Position numbers and translations under genes: made by a program. Source: Octopus sinensis (Eukaryota). From it: a stretch of DNA of 42,952 nt. The notes under the pieces were generated by a model. The model did not search any database and was not told the origin of the DNA. It was given only the letters and a program-made list of their open reading frames with translations. Every line of letters begins with the position of its first letter. Position 1 is the stretch's first letter. Where the stretch lies: contig NW_021835060.1 of the NCBI RefSeq assembly GCF_006345805.1, forward strand, positions 1-42,952, written 5' to 3'. This document shows positions 23,490-35,497 of this stretch, piece by piece.

Positions 23490-23656
23490 TATACCATGAC
23501 AGACTGCTAGCTCCAAAAGTTTCTTTTATTCTCTCTCTGTTTATTTCCTCGTGTTCCTTTCTGTCGAAGAGCGTAGACTCGAAACGTAAAAGACTTTCTC
23601 ACTTTCCCGAGCTAATACACCTGTCTTTGTTTTTTTGCTTTTCTGTAAATTTCAAC
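23490..23656 (+). mobile_element. Penelope-like tail (CTGTCGA family) with hammerhead motif at 23557-23592
   Basis: CTTT-CTGTCGA-A-GAG(CGTAGA)CTC-GAAAC-GTA-AAAG. Homologous to 28895-29108; ends at (TA)n. Confidence 0.7.
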
Positions 23657-23698
23657 TATATATATATATATAATATATATATATATAATATATATATA

Positions 23699-23739
<41 letters not shown>

Positions 23740-25084
23740 TGTGTGTGTGTGTGTGTGTATGTTTGTATATATATATATATATAAATGCATTTACGACCCC
23801 ACAGCTCTTTAGAAGTGTCAATATTTTTCCGGCGAGCAATTATTTTAATCGATTCTATGTCTAGTCTTTGTCACGCAATATCTTCAACTAGTGTCTCCCA
23901 TGAGCCACTTCTTGCATTTTTACTGTTTTCTTCGCTTCCTCATTCCTCTTCATCACTCCTTCACCATTTCCCTCTGCTCTCCTTTTATATTTGTAAATGT
24001 TGATAGGAGACATGCATTTCTCTCCCGTCTTGCTCTCGAGAAAGGACACCTAAGTCAGTTTAAAATTCTCATCGCCACTTTGGGCAGGACCCAAATTTCA
24101 TATGAAGATGGCTGTTACGTAAGTTATGGCCAAACAGCTACTGAGATAAAACTTTACAGGATTTTTCTGTTCTTAGATGTCCCTTCTCAAGAAGAAGGTG
24201 GAAATGAGTATCTTCTAGCATTGTCTACATATACAAAAGGGTGTGAGGAAGCGAAGAAAACAGTTAAATGTGCAAGCAGACACTAGATGGAGATATCACG
24301 TGACAAATACTAGACATATGAAGTCGATCAAATCCTGTTCTTTTGTTCTCTTTGTATTTTACTGTATAATTTTTGTGCTCCTTGTAAATATTCGTCTCGA
24401 ACTTTACATATGTTTATCTACTTTACTATTTCCACAACAGATAATGATTGTTCGTATGGACGACTTTACCTGCAGAATCGCCGGCCGTAGATGACGTGGC
24501 TGGAGTTTAACTTTCCCTCCATTTGAGCACAGCTCTATGTTAACTGTACCCAGTTTATTTTGCTTTCAAATACTTTTTGTATTTGTATGGATGTGGTATG
24601 AATGTATGTATGTATGTATGTATGTATGTATGTATGTATGTATGTATGTATATAGTAAAAAAGTACGCCAAAGGAAGTTGAAAAAGCTCAGTTCGGTTAT
24701 GCGTGTGTGTATATCTTGTAAATGATTGTTAGAGATGAAATTATCGAAGAAAACGCCATATTTGCCTAAAAGAAGTCCTTTACATTGTTATAGTCGCTCA
24801 CTTCAGAAACGTTTTAACTTAGTGATCGGCCTGCTAGAAATATTCAACACACGGCGCAGTTTCACAAAGTTCGACTTAGAATACACAAATAGATTGATAC
24901 GATTGTATACACAATAGAGAAAATGGTTGAGAGAGAACAAAGAATGGGCGTGAGAAATATGTGTGTATGGAGAGAAAAGCGGCGTGAGAAAGAAGACAGA
25001 CATGATGAGGTTAAACATAATAGCTAGCATTAAAGTTGTTGTATAGGAGGGGAGGATTAGTGAAGTCGTTAAATCTTCGGATAA

Positions 25085-25255
25085 ATTCTCTTTAAGGTTG
25101 TTGGTTATGGATCTTTACGTTCTGGGTTCAAATTGCGCTGAGATCAAATTTGCTTTTTTTATACTTTTGGGGTTGATAAAATAAAATAGCACTAAAACAC
25201 AAGGGACGATATAATCGCCCAACTTGTCCTCTAAAAAATTGAGAACTTCGTACTT
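25085..25255 (+). mobile_element. degenerate family A SINE
   Basis: CGTTCTGGGTTCAAATTGCGC..TTTTGGGGTTGATAAAATAAA core, still recognisable. Confidence 0.6.
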
Positions 25256-25526
25256 AAATGACAAATTCTTATGAGTTGTATAGTTACGATAAACATTTGT
25301 TGTTGTTGTTATTTGTTCCTATGTACGTTTTATTATTGTGGTTATTTGAAACAGTGGAGATCAGCCGTAGTGGCTAAGCATCTACCTGTTGTAGGAAAAT
25401 CCCATACAGAATTCCAAACAGCCACAATGGTGAAACGTACGTCGAGAACAAATAGTATAACCTTGTGCTTATCGTAATTTCTCTCACTCTCTCACTATCT
25501 CTCTCTCTCTCACACACACACACATA

Positions 25527-25557
<31 letters not shown>

Positions 25558-26370
25558 ATATATACACATACACATGCATGCATACGTATGCATACATAAC
25601 TACAAATACACACACGCACTCACAGTTATATATACATACATTCACATACAGGCATGCATGATACATACATTTATACAAATGCACACACACAATATTATCT
25701 GGGTAATAAACCTACAGCCTGCTCTTCAAAGCTTCTCTGCGGATATCGGCTACCAAATGCTATCATACATTGGGACGTTTTTTACTGGGTATACCTGTGG
25801 AAATCCGTGGATATCCGAAGAGTTTATACACAGGAATTTTTATACGAGAAGTTGAAATGATGTGGCTTTATTCAAAGTCACAACAAGTATTTCTGTGTCT
25901 AAGTATTACCCTGTTATTGCTGAATTTTAAGCATGTTACACACATTTTTGAATTAATATAATCCAGGAATAGCGGTGTACCTGCACACCTTTAGGTGAGT
26001 AGGTTCTAGAACACGATCCGTCCATACATACATACATACATACATACATACATACATACATACATACATACATACATACATACATACATACATACATACA
26101 TACATACATACATACATACAGTCTTTAGAAATTAGGTTTCTCAAGACCAGAAAGGAGAAAACTGATTCGAAGACTACAGATCCAATCCATCACTGGAACT
26201 GAATAATTCTGTAAAACTTTCCAGAAGTCTTTCATTTAAATATATATGAGCATATCTAGACATGCAACTTTATGCATAAGAAGACATACACAAAATAAAA
26301 CGTACAAATATGCACACATACATAAATACATAAATGCATACATACATACATACATACATACATACATACA

Positions 26371-26403
<33 letters not shown>

Positions 26404-26691
26404 GGATGGATGGATGCGTGTTTTTAATGAAGTTTTCTCTTGTGAACCTACGACTTAGTCGCTGACATCTGAATTTATGATCTCCCTGAAGTATTTAAAA
26501 GACTAGTTTCCCTGCTTTATTGCTGTACGTAACAAACTTCGTCTGTTTAAAGGTTGTTTGTGAGAAACCCTAAGTCACAGGGGTATAGTAAAGCAATAAA
26601 TATTTTAGTGTACGTTCACGCTTTATCTGTAAGTGAAATATTTTCACTTATTAAACGAAATAAAGAGCAATTATATACTTGTAAGTGTATC

Positions 26692-27056
26692 GCCATGGCA
26701 CTTCGTCGGTACGACGACGAGGGTTCCAGTTGATCTGATCAACGGAACAGCCTGCTCGTGAAATTAACAAGCAAGTGGCTGAGCACTCCTCAGACACGTG
26801 TAACCTTAACGTAGTTCTCGGGGAGATTCAGCGTGACACAGAGTGTGACAAGGCTGAAATACAGGTAACAGAAACAGGAAGAAAGTGTGAGAGAAGGTTG
26901 TGGTGAAAGAGTGCAGCAGGGTTCGCCACTGCCCCCTGCTGGAGCACCTTTAGGTGTTTTCGCTTAATAAACACTCACAACGCCCGGTCTGGGAATCGAA
27001 ACCGCGATCCTACGACCGCGATTCCGCTGCCCTAACCACTGGGCCATTGTGCTTCA
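26692..27056 (-). mobile_element. tRNA-derived SINE family C
   Basis: Minus-strand head TGGCCCAGTGGTTAGGGCAGCGGAATCGCGGTCGTAGGATCGCGGTTTCGATTCCC. Confidence 0.9.
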
Positions 27057-27146
27057 CAATTACTAACTAGCTACACATACACACACTCACGCTACACATA
27101 CGCTACATATAAATACACTCACACACACATACACACATACATACAT

Positions 27147-28132
27147 GTCCATTAAAGATTTCCCCTGACCCACTTCCCAAGGACTGGGATAAACAAAACG
27201 ACATAATTATTAGTCCTTCTCTACATGGCCACCACCAATGGTGACACACATCTCCTATGGCTTTATGCAGCTGTGAGGACCTCGTCTGTAGATATCGGTA
27301 GGTTGCGTCTGGAGTCAACAATAAGTCCATCGTCATCCAAAATGTGCTTCCCTTTCAAAAAAGAGTTCATGTTGGAAAGAGGTGGAAGTCAGATGGTGCA
27401 AGGTCAGGAGAGTAAGGGAGATGAGGAAGGATTTCATAGCCGCAGGAATGTGCTTTCATCTGGGTAACATGCGCATTGTAAATCGGGGCGTTGTCTTGGA
27501 GGAGGCTGACTCCTTTGGGCAGCATGTCACGCCTCTCTGCTTTGATAGTGTCCCGCAATTTCTGCAGCAGGGAAGCATATGCCACGTTAATCGTGGTGTC
27601 CTTTGCTAGAAAATCCATCATCACTTCTCCACGCTGGTCCCAAAAAACTGTGAGCATCACTCTGGCTGTTGAGGGTTGGACACAAGCCTTCTTTGGAGGT
27701 AGTGTGTTATCATGCTTCCATTTCTTCGACTAGAATTTAGTCTCAGGAACACAGTGATGGACCCATGTTTCATCCTGTATGATATGTCTGTCGAAAAGGT
27801 CTTCCTCGTATTCTTGGCACATTGCCAAAATATCCTGGGACCAATTGACTCGTTCCTGCTTCTGAAAAGGTGTGAGCATCCGGGGAATCCATCGTACAGA
27901 CAACTTCCGCATGTGCAAATGGTCGTGAGGGATTTTTTTCCACGGACCCTACACTTATCTTCACTTGTTGGATTAGTTGTTGAATAGTTAGGCAGCGATC
28001 CTCCAAAATGGCGGCTTCCACTTTATGGACGGTGTCATCATCAACGGCGGAATGTGGTCGTCCAGGAATGGGAGCAGTTTCCATCGATATCCGACCACAT
28101 TTGAACTGGTGATGCGAGTGCTAGACCACGTC
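27147..28132 (-). mobile_element. mariner (DD34D) transposase pseudogene, 5'-truncated
   Basis: Minus-strand frames give GRP..HTH, LHMRKLSVRWIPRML, QDETWVHH, MLTVFWD, QDNAP...YSPDLAPSDFHLFP, with 34 residues between the second and third Asp. Broken by a frameshift and a stop. Confidence 0.95.
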
Positions 28133-28142
28133 CCGCGACACA

Positions 28143-28182
28143 ACTGCGAGTCCGCTGCCCTAACCACTGAGCCATTGTGCCT
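28143..28182 (-). mobile_element. family C SINE head fragment fused to the mariner
   Basis: GAGGCACAATGGCTCAGTGGTTAGGGCAGCGGACTCGCAG; box A only. Confidence 0.8.
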
Positions 28183-28219
28183 CACACATACATACACTCG
28201 CATGCACACACACACACAT

Positions 28220-28273
<54 letters not shown>

Positions 28274-28289
28274 TTTTGTGTGTGCCTTT

Positions 28290-28703
28290 GTGTCTGTGTA
28301 TGTACCCCACTACCAGTTGACAACTAGTTTTGATATGTTTAAGTCCATGTAACTCAGTGGTTTGGCAAAAATGACCGATAAAATAAGTACTGCGCTCGAT
28401 TCTTTCGACTAAAATTCTTCAATGTGGTGCCCCAGCATGGCCGCAGTCTAATGACTGGAACAGGTAAAAGACAGAAGATAAACATTATTAAGTTGGCCAG
28501 CTGGCAGAATCGTTAGCCCTCTGGGCAAAATGCTTAGCTGCATTTCGTCCGGCTTTACGTTCTGAGTTCAAATTCAGCCGAAGTTTACTTTGCCTTTCAT
28601 TCTTTCGGGGTCGATTAAATAAGTACCAGTTACGCACTGAGGTCGATGTAATCGACTAGTCCACTCCCCCAAAATTTCAGGCATTGTGCCTAAAACAGAG
28701 CGG

Positions 28704-28708
<5 letters not shown>
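28290..28708 (+). mobile_element. family B SINE 3' part (about 28290-472) followed by a family A SINE (about 28494-708) with (ATT)n tail
   Basis: Homology to the other copies in this window. Confidence 0.85.
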
Positions 28709-28749
<41 letters not shown>

Positions 28750-28894
28750 TATTATTATTATTATTATTATTTTCTTGTATTTTATGACTTTACCAATTCA
28801 TTTTATTTCTCTCTGCTGTTGTGTATGCGTTTACACATGCGCACACATACATACAAGCACACTTGTTCATAGCTATGAATACACACACACACAC

Positions 28895-29107
28895 ACTGTC
28901 CGAAGTCAGGACGCCATGATAGATCGTTAGCTCCTACACGCATTTTTTTCTCTCCTTGTTTCTTTTCTGTGTATCTTTCTGTCGAAGAGCGTAGGATCGA
29001 AACGTAAAAGACTTTTCCTATTTCTATTCCTGAGCGCTATACTAATACATTTGCTTGTTTGTACTCCACCTGCCTTCGTCTTTTGTTTATTTTCGTAAAC
29101 TTTCCCG

Positions 29108-29108
<1 letters not shown>
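28895..29108 (+). mobile_element. Penelope-like tail (CTGTCGA family) with hammerhead motif at 28974-29011
   Basis: TCTTT-CTGTCGA-A-GAGCGTAGGATC-GAAAC-GTA-AAAGA with a 5-bp stem I; ends at (TA)n. Confidence 0.7.
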
Positions 29109-29169
<61 letters not shown>

Positions 29170-29693
29170 TATAATTGTATGCCTTCATGCATGCGTACGC
29201 ACACACACACACACATTAACTTGTCCTCATCGGTGTCCATGTGAACCCGCTGCAGCGTCATTCGGCATCCTCTTTCATTGTTCTTCATGATGATCATAAG
29301 GGAGGAATTTGGACAAATCCAAGTACTTAAGCTTAAGTATGTATACCCAAATTTATCATATTTAGTTCCATGGGTATTATACAGTTATGAAGGATGTTTT
29401 AAAGACACTAGGAAATTACAGTTACAAAAAGCTGTTAATTCTTTTAATTCTACCACAAAATCTGACTCAATCCCATATAATTCCTGATAGAATTATATTC
29501 AATTGGTAACGAATAAATTATACGTTTCTGGAGAACAGAACTATTTTACTATTGACAATCGTTGCGAATGTCTCTCGAAATCGAAGCTGTAAACGCGCAA
29601 TGGTAAATGTCAAAGCGATAGCTGAAAGCCTCTGTATAATTCTTTGCCCAACATTTTCCATAATATTCACCTAAAAATCAGAGTAGCCTTCAA

Positions 29694-30715
29694 TCAGGAG
29701 GGTCATAATGGCAATAATAAACACATACGCTGGTTATATTTGACTTCGTTATTTTTTCATTTCTCAATTGGTTAACTATTTAACCAGTTGACTAATCAGT
29801 ATTTTGATAGGTCATCAATCGACCAATTAGTCTTGTAAAGACTTTTCGCTACCATTCGTTACTTCATCAATGACAGAAAAGCATTTGTTACTTCATCAAT
29901 GATTCAAAAACAAAAACTGCTGTTTAAGAATTCAATTAGTTAATTGTAGAGACTGTCTGAATCATCGCTGGTATCAATGCTTTTGTGAATGCTTCTCCAA
30001 AAATATGCTGATAATTTCCTTATTTATAGAATACGGCGATATTTCTCGGTCTGCGAAATTTTCGGGACCCAACAGAGGAAACCGCATTTATCTGTTTGTG
30101 ACGTTGACATCAGTGTTTCACACAAATAAAACTTGGAATATACAAAGTTGAATGGACTGAAAAACCACTTCTGTAATTCAATGAAGCCAGTTCCTTGGGC
30201 AACATATTGGCATATGGTTGATCCAAAAATTAATAGTCAATTGTTCTATTGAAATATTTCAAAAGCAAAATTCGTTGACTTTCAACTTAAGTCGAATTTA
30301 ACGTACGATAGCTTCTTACAAAGCTAGATTTATATATCCTAAATTTGCAGAAGAATTTGTCGTTCGGAGAGTTTAGCTTAATGGTAACGCACTTGACGCG
30401 TAATCACATGGATGTGAGTTCGAGTCTCATGGCTGGCCGCCAACAGATTTTTTCTGCAAAATATGGCTAGTTATATTATTAGCTATATTATTAGCATTAT
30501 CTTGCGTTAGAAAATAAAGTTATTTCCTTCATTTGTATTTTATATATAAGTAGATGCGAAAGGACTTTGGCAAGACTAGTGGTTCTATTGATTGACCAAT
30601 CTAAGAAATCGATTAGTTAATTGGTTGAATAAGTTAACCAACTGACAAATGAAAATATATAATAGTGAACTAGAACCAGTGTCTGTGTTCATTATCAGCA
30701 TTATGACCCTCCTGA
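29694..30715. repeat. about 1-kb segment bounded by about 158-bp diverged inverted repeats (possible old non-autonomous DNA transposon)
   Basis: Arms 29694-29849 and 30556-30715. The outer 17 bp are perfect (TCAGGAGGGTCATAATG/CATTATGACCCTCCTGA). No TSD seen. Confidence 0.7.
30366..30438 (+). pseudogene. tRNA-like Pol III unit (Thr-CGT-like, damaged cloverleaf)
   Basis: Box A TAGCTTAATGG, intact T arm GTGAG-TTCGAGT-CTCAT, CGT at the anticodon position (30399-401), T6 terminator at 30448-53. Acceptor and anticodon stems are mismatched and position 33 is G. Confidence 0.7.
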
Positions 30716-31799
30716 AATAAAAACAAAATAAATTTTTCTTGAAAAGGTGAGCTTTCATGCAATGGCAGCCATGCCTGGGGCTTGAAAAAGGAATGTGTTT
30801 TAGTGAAATTGTGAAAGTTCACAGAACACTAATTGGATTTGTGATGGAACTAAAATTTAGATAATTTATTTGACATATGTATATATGTAACAGATAAAAG
30901 ATAAAGAGAATGTGTGAATGGGGTATATTTAGATTTTGCTCACGTGACAGGTTCATTTTGGGTTTCTATGCGTTTAGAACGAGACAATCCTAGATGAAAA
31001 GCTTTCCACTGGAGACCATCCTATCTTTTCTCATCAGCTCTCCCCCCACTTAGGTCACCATTCTACTCTATACTCTATACATTAATGTAATGTACTGCAC
31101 TGTACCACACGATACTATTACTGTGTTATACCTTACTGTAATCTATTATATTATACAACGCGCGTCGTTTGCTGTATTTCGTATCTCGCAGAATGAACGA
31201 CAGCAAAGAGTTCCCACGGTTGGCGACGGAACGATTTGGACTACAGACAACTCTAATATAAATCGGGATTTCCATTTCAGCTTGTGTTCTACACACCGAT
31301 CTGCCCAAGGACGATTCCAGTTGTAGATTAGAGAATGTTGGCTGATCCATCACATTTCCAAAGAAAGTAGCTTCTCCATTCAAGAAAGGGGTTTGCTAAT
31401 TAGTTTCTTACAAACCTTCTCGCAAACAGCCTTGATTGCAAAGGGAGAGACAGACAGGCAGAGAGAATGAAATTGATCGTAGTTATGCGGCTAGAAAAAG
31501 GTCTGCATAGGCATCTGATCCCACGATCGATCTCATTATGAGAGACCCTGGATATATATCAAACTATTGCTGCTGCACATTAACAAACATTTTCGGAATG
31601 GAATTAGTTGAATGGGAATGTCGTTAATTTGGTAGTGTTCATTCAGCATGACTGCCATTTTAAGGCTGGTCCAATATATTAGTTTCTTATTATTTTGTTA
31701 CGTGCCTTTTCTGTTAGGTTCATGCTCAGTTATTATATATACAAAGTGCACATCGTATACCATCATCTACACATACACACACACACACACCACACACAA

Positions 31800-31835
<36 letters not shown>

Positions 31836-32153
31836 GTATAAATATATGTATGTATATGTGTATATGTGTATCTGCCAATCATACGTTTCCCTCATATTTC
31901 CGTTTTCTGAATATTCATTATAAATGATTACCACACTAAATACTTGATTTTGTTGGAGAATCAAAGGCGCCAATCAAAAGAACTACGGAAGTTCAGACTT
32001 ATGCTTAAGAAATATACCTCGCTACACAATTTTCAGTTAGGTTTACTGCCAGTTTTCAGGCCTCTTTCTACTGCTACCATTGCATTAAGTCTATGCATAG
32101 ATATACCCACATACGTACAAAAATGAAAGTTACACACACACACACACAGCTTG

Positions 32154-32208
<55 letters not shown>

Positions 32209-32223
32209 CATATATATATATAT

Positions 32224-32348
32224 GTCCCCGTTACTTAGCGGTTCGGCAAAAGAGACCGATAGAATAAGTACTGGGCTTACAAAGAATAAGTCCCGGGATC
32301 GATTTCCTCGACTAAAGTCAAATGACTGAAACAAGTAAAAGAGTAAAA
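32224..32348 (+). mobile_element. family B SINE 3' part
   Basis: GTCCCCGTTACTTAGCGGTTCGGCAAAAGAGACCGATAGAATAAGTAC...GAAACAAGTAAAAGAG. Confidence 0.8.
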
Positions 32349-32865
32349 GAGTATATATATATGCATTTATATGTGTGTGTGTACATGCGTGTGTGCATGT
32401 ATGTATATATGTATGTTCGTGTCAGTGTGTATTTATTCATTCATTTGATTGTGTGTGTGTCTGTGCAGGTGAGTATTTCTGTAAACGAGTACCATTTAAA
32501 AATACGTTCTCCTGTAAAAAGAACATGCTATGAACACAAAGTGAGATTTAAAATTCCGATAAAATATAGATAAGTTCAAGAAAAATGCAACAAAGAGAAG
32601 CTGGAATTGAAAACATGTTCAAACACCAAAGTCCAAAGATGACAAGAATTCAGAGACTGACAAATAACTAAATAGACATTAAAAAAAAAGAAAAACGTAA
32701 ATAGAATGAAGTGAGGTAATAACAAAAGAGAGGAAAGAGAGGGAGAGGGGTGTCTCATGCGATTATTTATGCAGGAATGTAAAAGTATATTGGAGGGCAC
32801 AAAAAGGAGTTACACAGAGCATGAGATATACTAGTATTTTCAGATTTTCAGATAGACAGATAGAC

Positions 32866-32922
<57 letters not shown>

Positions 32923-33136
32923 TACACATATACGCGCGCACAAAAGAGACGAACATCTTTATTCATGTGATCGGCTTGAAAAATTGTTACAACACTAGGA
33001 TATTTTTCTAGTTTTCTTAACATGAAAACAATGGTAGCATTAAATCATATATAAAGAAATTTTATCCACCAGTGAGGTGTTGAGCATTCATTTTCATCAA
33101 TCGACAGTTACATATATATGCATGTGTGTATATATG

Positions 33137-33235
<99 letters not shown>

Positions 33236-33249
33236 GTTTATATATATAT

Positions 33250-33679
33250 AGGCGCAGGATTGCCTGTGTGATAAGTAGCTTGCTTACGGACCACATGGTT
33301 TCGGGTTCAGTCCCACTGCGTGGCACCTTGGGCAAGTGTCTTCTACTATAGCCTCGGGCCGACCAAAACCTTGTGAGTGGATTTGGTAGACGGAAACTGA
33401 AATAAGCCCGTCGTATATATGTATAAATATATGTGTGTATATATATGTATGTGTGTGTATATGTTTGTGTGTCTGTGTTTGTCCCTCCAACATCGCTTCA
33501 CAACCGATGCTGGTGTGTTTACGTCCCCGTAACTTAGCGGTTCGGCAAAAGAGAAACCGATAGATTAAGGAGTAGGCTTACAAAGAATAGTTCCTGGGGT
33601 CGATTTGTTCGACTAAAGACGGTGCTCCATAATGGCCGCAGTCAAATGACTGAAACAAGTAAAAGAGTAAGAGTAAAGA

Positions 33680-33680
<1 letters not shown>
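33250..33680 (+). mobile_element. family B SINE, full length, with internal microsatellite
   Basis: tRNA-like head (GGTTCAGTCCC box B), CACCTTGGGCAAGT CORE-like segment, tail ending in GAGTAA repeats. Confidence 0.9.
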
Positions 33681-33711
<31 letters not shown>

Positions 33712-33713
33712 GT

Positions 33714-33997
33714 CAAAAGAAAAGAAAATGGCGGGGATGGAAAAATGACATACATCAGCCGGTAGACTAGTATGTCTATTTATTCTAAAACATAAGGAAG
33801 TATTATCAGAATACATACACATGCAAAGACTGTACTAGTAATAGCATTTTATGTATTACTAGTACGTATATATGTAACAGTTTCTGCATGTGTATGTATT
33901 CTGATAATACTTCTTTATGTTTTAGAATAAATAGACATGATACAATGTCTGCCGGCTGATATATGTCATTTTTGCATCGCCTCAATTTTGTTTTTTT
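33714..33997. repeat. imperfect fold-back hairpin, about 130-bp arms, 10-nt loop
   Basis: 33714-843 pairs with 33854-997; loop GCATTTTATG; 13-nt insertion in the right arm. Confidence 0.9.
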
Positions 33998-34191
33998 GCC
34001 GTATAGATTAAGGATAAACCACTTTTAACTCTCGTCTATGTATGGATAGACGAGATGGATTGCGAAATTGCCACGCAATAACCAGGACTTCGGTATGAAT
34101 AATCGGGTACACTACTACCAGTAGCATATTGGATAGGTAGTATCTCAACCTCTAACTCTCACGTGTATATATATATATATATATATATATA

Positions 34192-34648
34192 AGCGTCCAA
34201 TAACACTATACTTGTTCCACGTCCTCGCGTTGTTGTGTATTCTCATTGTGTTTTCATGTTTGGATTAACTTTATATGCCGCACGCTCACACGGACCCCGG
34301 CCTTCTGACTGCCTTGGATAACCAATTCATGGATTTTTTACACCTATGGATTACGGTTACCATTCATCCGGAGTACGCCACTGTAATCGTGATGGAAATC
34401 AAAAAATTATCCGTGATACTTCCTCTTTTCCTCGTCCTCTTTTTACCTTTCTTCTTCTACTTCCACTTTTCTACTTGTGTCCTCCGTCTTCCCTTCCTTG
34501 GATCTTTCTTTTCCCTATGTTTCTGACGAAGAGCTCCGCTCGAAACGCTACATCCTTCTGTTTTTCCTTTCCTGAGCGTCCAATAACACTATACTTGTTT
34601 CACGTCCTCGCGCTGTTGTGTTTTCTCTTTGTGTTTTCATGTTTGGAT

Positions 34649-34653
<5 letters not shown>
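34192..34653 (+). mobile_element. 383-bp unit with 79-bp terminal direct repeats and a hammerhead motif (retrozyme-like or PLE partial tandem)
   Basis: DR1 34192-270 and DR2 34575-653. Motif CTGACGA-A-GAGC[TCC]GCTC-GAAAC-GCT at 34523-549 (cleavage triplet mutated). (TA)n on both sides. Confidence 0.75.
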
Positions 34654-34720
<67 letters not shown>

Positions 34721-34864
34721 ATACATACATACATGTATATTAGGAGAGAGAGTCAAATATATTATATATTATTTATTGTATATATATATATATTATTGTA
34801 TTATATGTATATATATATATACATATATAGTGAGCGAGTGATATGGTAAGGGAAAAAGATGTAT

Positions 34865-35108
34865 CGTTAGTCAAGAATACTCCGTAAGGAGCGTGGGGTA
34901 GGTGTTCCGGTTTCTCTGACATATAAACACTCCAGCCTGGACGGGACGGCGCTCCGTCGCAAGATTACACATTTTTTTTAGTTGAGTGCATTGGAACAAC
35001 ATGAAATAAGGTGGTTTACTGAAGAACACAAGTCACTGCCCGGTCCAGGGATCGAAATTACAATCTACGGTCATGAGCAAAACTCTAACCACTAGACCAT
35101 GAGCCCTT
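34865..35108 (-). mobile_element. degenerate tRNA-derived SINE (family D-like)
   Basis: Minus-strand head GGTCTAGTGGTTAGAG..GACCGTAGATTGTAATTTCGATCCC; homologous to 1303-1496 plus an extra central segment. Confidence 0.7.
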
Positions 35109-35241
35109 ACACACACACACCCATATATAAAATTATATATATATTGGTAAACACGGTAAGATAACAAAAGAAAGAAAGAGATCTCAATATTATGTAAATA
35201 GAGGAAATTTATCTATAAAATAATATGTTACTCAATAGTCA

Positions 35242-35304
35242 AGATAAAACTCTGAGTTTCAGATGCCGAAGTGGAAATCCACAACACCATCTCTTCGGTT
35301 ATCT
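35242..35304 (-). ncRNA. type-I hammerhead candidate (left arm)
   Basis: Exact reverse complement of 35410-35472. Confidence 0.65.
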
Positions 35305-35409
35305 GGCCATCTGAAAAAACGCTATGAAAACATACCGTTATATAAAGGGAAATTGCTGTAATTTCCCTTTATATATCGGTATTTTTTCATAGCGTTTTTT
35401 CAGATGGCC

Positions 35410-35472
35410 AGATAACCGAAGAGATGGTGTTGTGGATTTCCACTTCGGCATCTGAAACTCAGAGTTTTATCT
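35410..35472 (+). ncRNA. type-I hammerhead candidate (right arm), U4C variant
   Basis: AGATAA-CCGAAGA-GATG..GTGG[ATTT]CCAC..CATC-T-GAAAC-TCAGA-GTT-TTATCT. Perfect 6-bp stem I; stem III ACTC-A-GAGT. Confidence 0.65.
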
Positions 35473-35497
35473 TGACTATTGAGTAATTGTAACATAT

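Noticed and set aside
30439-30442. Encoded CCA after the tRNA-like unit, suggesting bacterial or organellar origin
   Set aside because: The CCA is one base out of register with the 7-bp acceptor stem, and the unit has a eukaryotic T-run terminator; probably coincidence.
31126-31383. 85-aa minus-strand ORF in unique sequence
   Set aside because: No recognisable domain and no convincing splice sites; cannot be supported as CDS.
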